Source: Syntrophomonas sp. UBA1368 (GTDB lineage Bacteria; Bacillota; Syntrophomonadia; Syntrophomonadales; Syntrophomonadaceae). From it: a stretch of DNA of 64,000 nucleotides. A program made the translations under genes and the position numbers. The stretch is taken from contig DBRM01000032.1 of assembly GCA_002305965.1 (NCBI GenBank), positions 22,043 to 86,042 on the forward strand, given 5' to 3'. The stretch's first letter is position 1; each line of letters opens with the position of its first letter. Shown here one piece after another: positions 9,471-18,502 of the stretch. The notes under the pieces were generated by a model, which saw only the letters and a list, made by a program, of their open reading frames with translations, searched no databases and was not told the origin of the DNA.

Positions 9471-9535
9471 CTTTTATTAGAAAACAATTCCCGTTGGTTT
9501 AACGGTTCATGTAATCAGGCTGGCCTAAAATCAAT

Positions 9536-10066
9536 TTACTCCTCGATCAGTTTCAAACCGGCTTTGCAGCGGCTGTTTAAATCACGGTAAAGCTGAACAG
9601 CGATTTGATTATACATGACCATATGGTCTGTTACATCTTTGATTGCCTTGGCCGGATTCCCCAGTGCTACCTTTCTGTCCGGTATGACCCGGCCCGGAGG
9701 AAGTATGCTGCCTGCTGCCAGAAGACTTTCACGTCCTAATTCACAGCCGGTGGAAACCAGTGACATCATTCCCACTGTAGTATTGGCTTTTATTAAACAG
9801 GGACCGTGTACTACTGCAGCATGGCCAATCAGAACATTTTCTTCCACAATGGCTATCGTTTCCGGTTCGGAGTGGATCAGACAATTTTCCTGGACATTAC
9901 TTCCGCTGCCGATTACGATTTTTCCATAATCAGCTCTGATAACAGCACCTGCACCAACATAACAGTTTTCGCCCAAAACTACTTCACCTATGATCACCGC
10001 CTGGGGATGTATGAAACAGGACTCAGGTATGACAGGACGTTTGCCTTCGAATTCATAAAGCGGCAT
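9536..10066 (-). CDS. Left-handed beta-helix (hexapeptide repeat) protein, gamma-carbonic-anhydrase / PaaY / CaiE-like
   Basis: Hexapeptide repeats (IGEVVLGENCYVGAGAVIRAD...). Start chosen at MPLYEF (10066), 8 nt downstream of AGGAGG. Confidence 0.85.
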   Translation of the reverse strand: MPLYEFEGKRPVIPESCFIHPQAVIIGEVVLGENCYVGAGAVIRADYGKIVIGSGSNVQENCLIHSEPETIAIVEENVLIGHAAVVHGPCLIKANTTVGMMSLVSTGCELGRESLLAAGSILPPGRVIPDRKVALGNPAKAIKDVTDHMVMYNQIAVQLYRDLNSRCKAGLKLIEE

Positions 10067-10213
10067 CAAATATACCTCCTCATTTCTTTGCTGTTTATCA
10101 TTTATACATAACAACGGATAATTCCTGCTCTATTCATTATTTCTACTCGTTGATTTCATTGATTTAAAGGGTATAATACTGTAAGAAGTTAATTATGAAA
10201 GGGTTTATAAAAA

Positions 10214-11107
10214 ATGCAAAAAGACCAGCTGATAAAAGCCTTGGATAAAAATAATCAGGTGCGTGTGATCCTGGCCCGTACGACTGCATTGGTTAATGAA
10301 GCGGCTGACCGTCATAAAACTTCGGCTACCGCTGCGGCCGCCCTCGGAAGAGTGATTACTGCCGCACTGATCATGGCAGCCGATTTAAAAGGTGAAAGGG
10401 ATATGCTGACCATAAGGATTGATGGTAATGGACCGGCAGGTCCGATCATTGCTTCTGCCGATGCACATGGTACGGTCCGGGCGCTTATTTCCAATCCCCA
10501 GGCTGATCTGCCATCTGAACAACCGGGAAAACTGGCCGTTGGCGAACTGGTTGGAAAAGAAGGTTTTGTTGAGGTCATCAAAGATCTGGGGTTAAGGCAG
10601 CCTTTTATTGGAAAAGTAGAATTAGTAAGCGGTGAAATCGCAGAAGACCTTGCCAGTTATTATCTGAAGTCAGAACAGACTCCTTCTTTGGTTGCCCTGG
10701 GGGTTATGGTAGCACCGGACCTTCAGGTCATAAGCGCAGGTGGTTTGTTGGTACAGGCTATGCCGGGTGCCGATGATGAGCTGCTGGCGCAGTTGGAAGA
10801 AAATATTACCCAAATGGAGAAATTAAGTGCAGCTTTAGAAAAGACTCCACAGTTAGAGGTTTTAATGGAGCAGATCATGAAGGGGATCGAGTATCGTTTG
10901 GTCGGCCAGCAGGATCTTTATTTTAAATGCAATTGCAGCTTTGAACGGCTGAGAAACATTTTATCCTCATTATCGGAGGAGGAAATGAATAAAATGCTGA
11001 ATGAAGAGGGGCAAATAGAAGTAGTTTGTAATTTTTGCAATGAAGTCTATCATTATCGTGCTGAAGATATATTGAAGCACAAAAAAGCCTCAGACACTGA
11101 AGTCTAA
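10214..11107 (+). CDS. hslO: Redox-regulated chaperone Hsp33
   Basis: 297 aa with the C-terminal zinc centre CNCS...CNFC. Confidence 0.92.
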   Translation: MQKDQLIKALDKNNQVRVILARTTALVNEAADRHKTSATAAAALGRVITAALIMAADLKGERDMLTIRIDGNGPAGPIIASADAHGTVRALISNPQADLPSEQPGKLAVGELVGKEGFVEVIKDLGLRQPFIGKVELVSGEIAEDLASYYLKSEQTPSLVALGVMVAPDLQVISAGGLLVQAMPGADDELLAQLEENITQMEKLSAALEKTPQLEVLMEQIMKGIEYRLVGQQDLYFKCNCSFERLRNILSSLSEEEMNKMLNEEGQIEVVCNFCNEVYHYRAEDILKHKKASDTEV

Positions 11108-11131
11108 GGCAAGTTTTGTTATTTATGTTTG

Positions 11132-11320
11132 TTATACTGCTCTTTGGACTTTCCCGGAGCGTAAGCAACGAGTGCAGACATAAATCTTTTGCGGACTGCC
11201 GTCCACAATAGCTTTTACCCGCTGAACATTTGGCTTCCATTGCCGGTTCGTTCTTATATGGGAATGGCTGTACTTTTTACCAAAAGTAACGCTTTTACCG
11301 CATATTTCGCATTTGGCCAC
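11132..11320 (-). CDS. rpmB: 50S ribosomal protein L28
   Basis: MAKCEICGKSVTFGKKYSHSHIRTNRQWKPNVQ..., canonical L28. Confidence 0.95.
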   Translation of the reverse strand: MAKCEICGKSVTFGKKYSHSHIRTNRQWKPNVQRVKAIVDGSPQKIYVCTRCLRSGKVQRAV

Positions 11321-11441
11321 GTTATTTGCCCCCTCTCATAAACAATGCACTTAAACATTTTAACAAAAGGAGAGGGAAAGGGCAAGAAGAAGGATAAATT
11401 ATTAGGGTGTAGAATTTAATTATCAGATTGGAGGGATTATC

Positions 11442-11804
11442 ATGTTTAATATAAAAACCACCGAATTGGGAAACATCATGGTTGCCAAAGAGGTTGTAGA
11501 AACCATTGCCGGTTTGGCAGCCATCGATTCTTATGGTTTAGTTGGGATGGTAGCTCAGGATATTACCTCGGGTCTTTCAAGTATCCTGGGGCTGGAGTCT
11601 ATCCGTAAAGGCGTTCAGGTCAGTTCTTCCGAGGCGGGCCTGGTGGTTGATGTTTATATTATGGTTGGCTATGGCATAAAAATTAAAGAGGTTGCTGCGA
11701 ATGTTATGCAAAAAGTAGTTTATGATTTGGATAAGCATGCCGGATTAAAAGTAGCAACTGTTAATGTCAATGTTAAGGGAGTCAAAGTTATCACTGAAAA
11801 ATAG
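11442..11804 (+). CDS. Asp23/Gls24 family envelope stress protein (YloU-like)
   Basis: 120 aa Asp23-like sequence in the conserved position between rpmB and yloV. Confidence 0.85.
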   Translation: MFNIKTTELGNIMVAKEVVETIAGLAAIDSYGLVGMVAQDITSGLSSILGLESIRKGVQVSSSEAGLVVDVYIMVGYGIKIKEVAANVMQKVVYDLDKHAGLKVATVNVNVKGVKVITEK

Positions 11805-11819
11805 GAGAGGAGAACTAAC

Positions 11820-13448
11820 TTGAGTTTGCAGTATATAAATGGAAAAGATTTAGTAAGGAGCGTTAAAGCAGGATGTATAAAGCTTGAACATAACAGAGAA
11901 AAAGTTAATCTGCTAAATGTTTTCCCGGTACCTGATGGTGATACAGGGACAAATATGTATCTGACCCTGCTGGCGGCTGTAAAAGAAGGGGAAAAAAACA
12001 TGGATCAGCCACTGGGAAAGGTGGCCAAAGCCATGTCTTCAGGCTCTTTAATGGGAGCCCGCGGCAATTCCGGGGTCATTTTGTCTCAAATTTTCAGAGG
12101 GATCGCCAAAGTATTGGAGGGTAAGGAAGAGTCAGATGCACTGCTTTTTGCCCAGGCTTTAAAATCCGGTTCAGATACTGCCTACAAAGCTGTTATGAAG
12201 CCAGTCGAAGGTACGATATTGACTGTGATCCGGGAAATCTCCCGAGCCTGCGAAATGGAAGCGAAAAAGAACAATGATCTGACCGCTTCCTTGCTTGCCG
12301 GAATAAATGCCGGTTATATAACTTTGGAAAAGACTCCCTCAATGCTGCCGGTTTTAAAAGAAGCCGGAGTAGTTGACAGCGGCGGTCAAGGCTTGCTGTA
12401 TTTTCTGGAAGGTATGATGGAAATCATTGCCGGTGAATATGAAATAAAGCTCCAGGAATATCGTGATAAAGCTGCATCAGCTGAAATCCCAAGAGAGAAA
12501 GAAGAGGTCAGCCTTGATTTTCAGTATTGTACAGAAATGCTGGTAAAAGGCACCAATATTGATGTGGATAGATTACGGGAACAGCTAAGCACCCTGGGGG
12601 ATTCAATGCTGGTAGTGGGGGAAGAGGAAATCGTCAAAGTACATATCCATTCCAATCATCCCGGCAAGATTCTGGAGACTTGTTTGCAGTGGGGCAATTT
12701 ATCCGATATCAAAATAAATAATATGCTGGAAGAAGTTCACGAGCAAATGCTTAACTGGGAAGAAGCCGAACCGCGAAATGCAAAAGCTGTCAAGAAGATC
12801 GGCCTGGTAGCTGTTGGCGGAGGAAAAGGGATCATTGAGATCCTCAAGAGCCTGGGCGTCGATATTGTAGTTGAAGGCGGCCAGACCATGAATCCCAGTA
12901 CCGAAGAGCTCCTTAACGCCAGCCAGGAAATTGATGCTGAAGCGGTGATCATACTGCCGAACAACAGCAATGTTATTATGGCAGCCGAACAGGCTGCTCA
13001 GCTCAGTGAACGCCGGATCGAAGTAGTGAAAACCAAATCGGTTATGCAGGCCGTTACAGCCTTGATCGCTTTTGATCCGGAGGGCGAACTGAATGAAATT
13101 GCCGAGGCTATGCGTGAGGAGATCCAAAATGTAAATTATGGCGAAATCACTTATGCGGTAAGGGATTCTTCAGTAAACGGTTTTAAGATTCAAAACGGTG
13201 ATGTACTGGGGATAGTTGCCGGAGAAATCACTGTTGTCTGCCAGAACAATGGGGAAGCAGTCATACAGTTGCTCGAGCGGATGGTAAAAGACGATACAGA
13301 ATTGATCACGCTGTTTTACGGTGGCGATGTAACCGAAGAGGAAGCCATAATCATTACGGCTAAAGTTCAGGAAACTTATGAGGACGTTGAAGTGGAATTA
13401 CATTATGGAGGGCAGCCCCATTACAGTTTCCTGTTGTCGGCAGAATAA
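11820..13448 (+). CDS. DAK2 domain fusion protein (YloV-like)
   Basis: N-terminal Dak2 motif (DGDTGTNM) and YloV-type C-terminal domain. TTG start after GGAGAGG. Confidence 0.88.
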   Translation: MSLQYINGKDLVRSVKAGCIKLEHNREKVNLLNVFPVPDGDTGTNMYLTLLAAVKEGEKNMDQPLGKVAKAMSSGSLMGARGNSGVILSQIFRGIAKVLEGKEESDALLFAQALKSGSDTAYKAVMKPVEGTILTVIREISRACEMEAKKNNDLTASLLAGINAGYITLEKTPSMLPVLKEAGVVDSGGQGLLYFLEGMMEIIAGEYEIKLQEYRDKAASAEIPREKEEVSLDFQYCTEMLVKGTNIDVDRLREQLSTLGDSMLVVGEEEIVKVHIHSNHPGKILETCLQWGNLSDIKINNMLEEVHEQMLNWEEAEPRNAKAVKKIGLVAVGGGKGIIEILKSLGVDIVVEGGQTMNPSTEELLNASQEIDAEAVIILPNNSNVIMAAEQAAQLSERRIEVVKTKSVMQAVTALIAFDPEGELNEIAEAMREEIQNVNYGEITYAVRDSSVNGFKIQNGDVLGIVAGEITVVCQNNGEAVIQLLERMVKDDTELITLFYGGDVTEEEAIIITAKVQETYEDVEVELHYGGQPHYSFLLSAE

Positions 13449-13456
13449 TAGATTTT

Positions 13457-13570
13457 GACTGCAAAAAAAGCCCATCGCAAACTTGACCCGAAAAGACTGC
13501 TTTAGCAAACGACCTCATGTACATCTAAAACGCGGTCCTTTCGGGTTATGTTGTTCCTAACCTTTTTTGC
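13457..13570. repeat. Copy A of a ~113-nt palindromic intergenic element
   Basis: Shares GACTGC-A6-7 at the left end and TAACCTTTTTTG at the right end with 24176-24287. The ends are inverted repeats. The internal 16-position stem (13485-13500 with 13532-13547) has one mismatch. The apical loop is homologous to copy B. Confidence 0.7.
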
Positions 13571-13614
13571 CGGCCTGAAGCAAGAAAGCTACCTTAATAC
13601 ATAAGGAAGGTCAA

Positions 13615-15645
13615 ATGGAAAGATTGAAAACCAGCATTCAATTTGTAAAAGGAGTAGGCCCTGCACGTCAAAGGCAGCTCTTAAAGCTGGGCATCATGTC
13701 AGTCTTTGATATGATGTGGCACATACCGCGCGGTTATGTTGACCGTGAAGCGGTTATACCTATTCATGCTTTACGGGCCGGTGATACTGTTAGTATCAAA
13801 GCCAAAATCATGGGAACCAGTGTCAGCCGCACCCGGCGGGGGATGTCAATTTTCAGAGCTTTGCTGCAAGATAACAGCGGAGTCGTCACTGCAGTTTGGT
13901 TTAACCAGCCTTTTCTGAAAAATAGTTTAAAAAGCGGCATGATTCTTTATATCAACGGTAAAGTAACCTTTAGAGGCAGCCAGATGGAGATCAATGTCAA
14001 TGAATATGACCTGCTGGAAGAAAAAGAAACGGTTGATAAAATAGCTGCCATTTATCCTCTGACGGAAGGGATCGCTCAGAAGAGCATCCGAAGGATCGTT
14101 TCGGCAGTATTGAAAGATTATTTAAATGATTACCCGGAAATTTTGACTGCAGAAGCCAGAGAGGAACTGCAGTTATGTGATATGCAATTTGCATTGCAAA
14201 ATATCCATTACCCGGCTGACTGGCATAGTTATGCCCTGGCAAGAAAACGTCTGGCTTTTGAAGAGTTATTGTTATTTCAGCTCAGCTTGTATTATAAAAC
14301 AACGCAATTTAAAAATTTGAAGGGTATCGCTCATTTAGAGCAGGATGATCTGCTGGAAAAAGTAACGCGCAATCTTCCATACCAGCTCACCCGGGCGCAG
14401 CAAAGAGCGGTAAAGGAAATATTCACCGATATGGAATCTGCAAAAAGTATGGGCAGACTTCTGCAGGGGGACGTAGGGTCAGGTAAAACCGTGGTGGCTG
14501 CACTGGCAGCCGCCAAATGTGTTTCCAGCGGTTATCAGACCGCTATTATGGCACCGACGGAAATCTTAGCCCGTCAGCATCTTAAGTCACTGCAAAGATT
14601 CTTTACTGGTACTAATGTTGCCATAGCCTGTTTGACCAGTGGTACACAGGCAGCGGCACGGGGACAAATACTGGAAGCATTAGCCAGCGGGGAAATCAAT
14701 ATTATCGTTGGGACCCACAGCCTCATCCAGGATGACATTGCTTTTTCTGCTTTAGGTTTGGTGGTTATCGATGAGCAGCATCGCTTCGGTGTCAGGCAAA
14801 GAGCGAAACTGAACAGCAAAGGCCTTGCCCCGGATATGCTGGTTATGACGGCCACTCCTATACCAAGAACGCTGGCGCTTACCTTATATGGCGATTTGGA
14901 GATGTCCGTGATCGATGAACTTCCACCGGGAAGGAAACCGGTCCTTACCAGATATTTTCCGCCATCGGCGCGAAAATCAGTGTATGAGTTTATCCGTAAA
15001 CAGATTAACAAAGGAGCCCAGGCATATTTTGTCTGTCCTCTGGTGGAAGAATCCCAGAAGCAAGATCTGCAGGCGGCAGTAAGTTTATATCATGATTTGA
15101 GCGAGAACGTATTCCCTGAGAATAAAGTGGGTCTGCTGCACGGACGGTTAAAGCCAGTGGAAAAAGATAATATTATTCAGGCTTTCAGTAGAGGGGAAAT
15201 CGATATATTGGTTTCTACCACCGTCATTGAAGTAGGGATCGATGTGCCGGCAGCAACCTTGATGGTTATTGAACAAGCTGAGAGATTTGGACTGGCACAG
15301 CTTCATCAGCTAAGGGGAAGGGTAGGACGCGGGGCAAAACAGTCTTATTGTATATTACTGGGCAATCCGCAAACCGAGGAAGCGCTGCAGCGCATCAAAG
15401 CCATGGAAGCAACTAATGACGGTTTTATTCTGGCTCAGGAAGATTTGAAAATCCGCGGACCCGGTGAATTTTTGGGGGTAAGACAGCATGGCCTGCTGCA
15501 GTTTAAAATAGCTGATTTATCGGCTGATATTGAGCTGAGCGAAAAAGCCCGCAAGGCAGCGCAAAATTTTCAGCGGCAGGATCCTATACTGCAGCAGTAT
15601 ATGCAGTTGAAATTCAGCAATCAGCCAGAAATCGTCAGTGGCTAA
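13615..15645 (+). CDS. recG: ATP-dependent DNA helicase RecG
   Basis: Wedge domain followed by helicase motifs (GDVGSGKT, DEQHRFG). 676 aa. Confidence 0.95.
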   Translation: MERLKTSIQFVKGVGPARQRQLLKLGIMSVFDMMWHIPRGYVDREAVIPIHALRAGDTVSIKAKIMGTSVSRTRRGMSIFRALLQDNSGVVTAVWFNQPFLKNSLKSGMILYINGKVTFRGSQMEINVNEYDLLEEKETVDKIAAIYPLTEGIAQKSIRRIVSAVLKDYLNDYPEILTAEAREELQLCDMQFALQNIHYPADWHSYALARKRLAFEELLLFQLSLYYKTTQFKNLKGIAHLEQDDLLEKVTRNLPYQLTRAQQRAVKEIFTDMESAKSMGRLLQGDVGSGKTVVAALAAAKCVSSGYQTAIMAPTEILARQHLKSLQRFFTGTNVAIACLTSGTQAAARGQILEALASGEINIIVGTHSLIQDDIAFSALGLVVIDEQHRFGVRQRAKLNSKGLAPDMLVMTATPIPRTLALTLYGDLEMSVIDELPPGRKPVLTRYFPPSARKSVYEFIRKQINKGAQAYFVCPLVEESQKQDLQAAVSLYHDLSENVFPENKVGLLHGRLKPVEKDNIIQAFSRGEIDILVSTTVIEVGIDVPAATLMVIEQAERFGLAQLHQLRGRVGRGAKQSYCILLGNPQTEEALQRIKAMEATNDGFILAQEDLKIRGPGEFLGVRQHGLLQFKIADLSADIELSEKARKAAQNFQRQDPILQQYMQLKFSNQPEIVSG

Positions 15646-15696
15646 AAATAACAAAATTTAGATAAATAAAAATTACATCAATACGTAAAGCTATTA

Positions 15697-15730
15697 CTGT
15701 TGATCATGATTTGATCAACAGTATTTTTTT
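15697..15730 (+). terminator. Rho-independent terminator after recG
   Basis: CTGTTGATCA-TGATT-TGATCAACAG followed by TATTTTTTT. Confidence 0.8.
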
Positions 15731-15742
15731 GGAGGAGATCAA

Positions 15743-15844
15743 ATGGCAAAAAAACAGAAACCAGATCATTTAGAAAAACTGAAACACGAAGTAGCTCAGG
15801 AAATTGGCTTGACCGGGCAGAAAAAGAAGAAAGAAAAAATTTAA
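15743..15844 (+). CDS. Unannotated 33-codon ORF resembling the first helix of an alpha/beta-type SASP
   Basis: GGAGGAG lies 5 nt upstream of the ATG. Translation is MAKKQKPDHLEKLKHEVAQEIGLTGQKKKKEKI. The EKLKHEVAQEIGL stretch parallels DQFKFESAQEVGV of the neighbouring SASP. It is too short for the supplied ORF track. Confidence 0.5.
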   Translation: MAKKQKPDHLEKLKHEVAQEIGLTGQKKKKEKI

Positions 15845-15925
15845 TAAGTCTTGAAAATACTTCTAGCATATAACTTGAGCACGAGGAAACAATAAGACTA
15901 CATCAACGAAAAGGAGGTGAATCAA

Positions 15926-16141
15926 ATGGCTAACAATAGTAACAGGATTCTTGTTCCTCAGGCCAGAGCTGCAATGGACCAGTTTAAATTCGAATCTGCT
16001 CAGGAAGTTGGCGTAACTTTAAAACAAGGATATAATGGCGACCTGACTTCCAGACAGGCTGGCAGCATCGGCGGACAAATGGTTAAGAAAATGATTCAGG
16101 CTTACGAGCAGAATCAGGCTGGTAAAGGCGGATTGTCATAA
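15926..16141 (+). CDS. Small acid-soluble spore protein, alpha/beta type
   Basis: MANNSNRILVPQARAAMDQFKFESAQEVGV...GSIGGQMVKKMI, with both conserved SASP helices. AGGAGG RBS. Confidence 0.93.
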   Translation: MANNSNRILVPQARAAMDQFKFESAQEVGVTLKQGYNGDLTSRQAGSIGGQMVKKMIQAYEQNQAGKGGLS

Positions 16142-16171
16142 TAGTACAGCGATAAACTGATATACTATATC

Positions 16172-16205
16172 AAACAAGCGGATGAAATCATATCCGCTTG
16201 TTTTC
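16172..16205. terminator. Bidirectional terminator between the convergent SASP gene and gpr
   Basis: AACAAGCGGAT...ATCCGCTTGTT flanked by A/T runs. Confidence 0.8.
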
Positions 16206-16230
16206 AATATATTTTTAAAAGTAATTTATA

Positions 16231-17190
16231 TCAGGTAGCATAAAGGATCAGCTGTTCTTCCGATATACCCGGGAATAAAGATTTGCCGATCCCTAAAGCA
16301 ATGATCCGGGAACTGTTCTCGATTATATCGTCGATTTCTTTTGGGGTAACGGTTAACCCGCCGCCAAAGAAAGACAGTATTTCCTTGACGGCTTCCAGGG
16401 ACTGGTTATTGTCAAACATAGAGCCGGAGTGGGAACAAAAGGAACGGATCGCCTGGTCAGCTATGATAGCAGCATTCACAATCGTGGGGCAGCCAACTGC
16501 AATGACCGGAACTCCTAACCCGTCGATGGTCAATGCCTGACGCTGGTTCCCTATCCCGCCGCCGGGCTGGATGCCGGTATTGGACATTTGAATGGTAGTG
16601 CCAATGCGTTCGACATTGGTAGCTGCAAGAGAATCGACTACCACTAACAAGGCTGGTTTTACTTTCTCTACTACACCTTTGATGACCTCAAAAGTTTCCA
16701 GACCGGTAATGCCAAGTACTCCAGGTGCGATTCCCGAGGTGGGACGCATCCCTTGTACCAGTGCATCTGGTGCATGTTGATGATAATGTCTGGTAATGGG
16801 ACTGTATTCAATAAATTTGGGACCAAGAGAATCAGCGGTGGCCCGCCAATTACCAAGCCCTACCAATAAAACTGAATCCGGGGGATTGAGTAGTCCCGCT
16901 GTTAAAATTTGCATGGCTTTTTCCATAGCTTCTACGATTTCTGCTTTTACATACGGATCATTGATTTTAAGCGGCGGTGATTCAATAGTTATATAGGTGC
17001 CAATTGGCCTGCCTAACGATTGAGCTCCTTGTTCATTTAAAATGGTTATTGTCGTGGTTTTAATGAATTCACCTTTGGCAATTTCTTCTTTGACACCATC
17101 CACTTCCCGTTGGGTTGCACCCCGCAGTAAATCGTGAGCTTCTATTGCCAAATCAAGATTAAGGTTGAATGCTTCGATCAACTGTTTCAT
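16231..17190 (-). CDS. gpr: Germination (spore) protease GPR
   Basis: 319 aa. Motif VVDSLAA...TIQMSNTGIQPGGGIGNQR, typical of GPR. Confidence 0.88.
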   Translation of the reverse strand: MKQLIEAFNLNLDLAIEAHDLLRGATQREVDGVKEEIAKGEFIKTTTITILNEQGAQSLGRPIGTYITIESPPLKINDPYVKAEIVEAMEKAMQILTAGLLNPPDSVLLVGLGNWRATADSLGPKFIEYSPITRHYHQHAPDALVQGMRPTSGIAPGVLGITGLETFEVIKGVVEKVKPALLVVVDSLAATNVERIGTTIQMSNTGIQPGGGIGNQRQALTIDGLGVPVIAVGCPTIVNAAIIADQAIRSFCSHSGSMFDNNQSLEAVKEILSFFGGGLTVTPKEIDDIIENSSRIIALGIGKSLFPGISEEQLILYAT

Positions 17191-17469
17191 TTAAAACCTC
17201 CTTTTTGCAAATATTGTCTGTTATTAATTTAGGTTTTATACGGCAGGCAATAAAATAGCGACTTTTTCAAGTCGCTATTTTGGGGAGAGGAGAATTTTGT
17301 AAAGTTGTTGGGGAGGGTTTGTTCCCAGACTTTCTCTGGTAATAATATCATTACCGGTAAAACATGAAATTATACAAAAATTTTTAAAAATATTTTATAT
17401 GCTAAAATAAGTTTAAGCCAAAAGAGGAAAATATCTTTAAAAATCGAATCAGCTAGAAGGAGATATTTT

Positions 17470-18066
17470 ATGCGGGTCATCAGCGGGACTGCCAAAGGCA
17501 GACGATTAAAAGCTCCGCCAGGCAATACTACCAGACCGATCACCGATATGATAAAAGAAGCCTTGTTTAACGTTTTAGGCCAGTCGATCCAAAAATCGGA
17601 ATTCTTAGATCTTTTCGCCGGCAGCGGCAGTGTTGGGATCGAGGCATTAAGCCGAGGGGCCGGACGGGTGGTTTTTATTGATAATAGTCCTGCGGCTGTT
17701 AAGACGATCCGGGAAAACCTTGATACATGTAATTTTCCTGACGGTTATGTGATTTTGAAAGAGGATGTATTAACAGCGGCACAAAGCCTCGGAAAAAAGA
17801 ATACCTTGTTTGATTATATTTATATAGATCCGCCTTTTACGCAGGAAAGCATATTCCCCAGGATAATGAAAGCAATCGACAAAATAAATATATTAAATAA
17901 TAAGGGGGTTCTGATCATAAGGACACCAAGAAGAATGGAAATGCCGGAATGTTACCAAAATCTGAAACGCATAAGGCACAACCATTATGGTGAATCGACC
18001 TTGCATTATTATCAAATATATAAGGAGGTAACGGTTAACGATGGAAATTCTGCGTATTCTGGATGA
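17470..18066 (+). CDS. rsmD: 16S rRNA (guanine966-N2)-methyltransferase
   Basis: MRVISGTAKGRRLKAP...TRPITDMIKEALFN...DLFAGSGSVGIEALSRGA...DPPF. Confidence 0.92.
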   Translation: MRVISGTAKGRRLKAPPGNTTRPITDMIKEALFNVLGQSIQKSEFLDLFAGSGSVGIEALSRGAGRVVFIDNSPAAVKTIRENLDTCNFPDGYVILKEDVLTAAQSLGKKNTLFDYIYIDPPFTQESIFPRIMKAIDKINILNNKGVLIIRTPRRMEMPECYQNLKRIRHNHYGESTLHYYQIYKEVTVNDGNSAYSG

Positions 18067-18502
18067 ACTGGAAGTGCTTTTTAAAGGGAGCAGAAAATTA
18101 CCTTTTGGTTACGGTACGATCGTTGATGCGGATAGATTTTTGGATCGCCTGGATAAAATAAGGGCGATTTTGCCCGAGGATATTATGCATGCTAAATTGG
18201 TGATCAATGAAAAAGATCGTATTGTAAATGAAGCCTATCAGGAAGCGCAAAAATATGTGGAAAAATCACAGGATACGGTAGCACGAATGGTGGAAGAAAA
18301 TGAAATAACCCGTGCTGCAAGGATTACAGCAGATGAAATTATAGCCAATGCCGAGCAGACTGCCAAAGAAATCAGAAGAGATGCCAATGAATATGCCGAA
18401 AGCATTTTAATACATATGGAGATCGTACTTAAAAAAGCCGTGGAAACTATCAACCAGGGTAAGTATGAGATCAGACAGGGTTTGGAAAACGATGATTTTT
18501 AA
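18041..18502 (+). CDS. Hypothetical charged coiled-coil protein
   Basis: 153 aa ORF, strongly alpha-helical and charged. It overlaps the rsmD 3' end by 26 nt and the ylbJ stop by 4 nt. I recognise no catalytic motif. Confidence 0.65.
   Translation: MEILRILDELEVLFKGSRKLPFGYGTIVDADRFLDRLDKIRAILPEDIMHAKLVINEKDRIVNEAYQEAQKYVEKSQDTVARMVEENEITRAARITADEIIANAEQTAKEIRRDANEYAESILIHMEIVLKKAVETINQGKYEIRQGLENDDF

Noticed and set aside
15678-15869. 63-aa minus-strand ORF between recG and the SASP gene
   Set aside because: No RBS, and a hydrophobic low-complexity translation. The plus strand here carries a terminator and an RBS-preceded SASP-like mini-ORF, which explains the region better.
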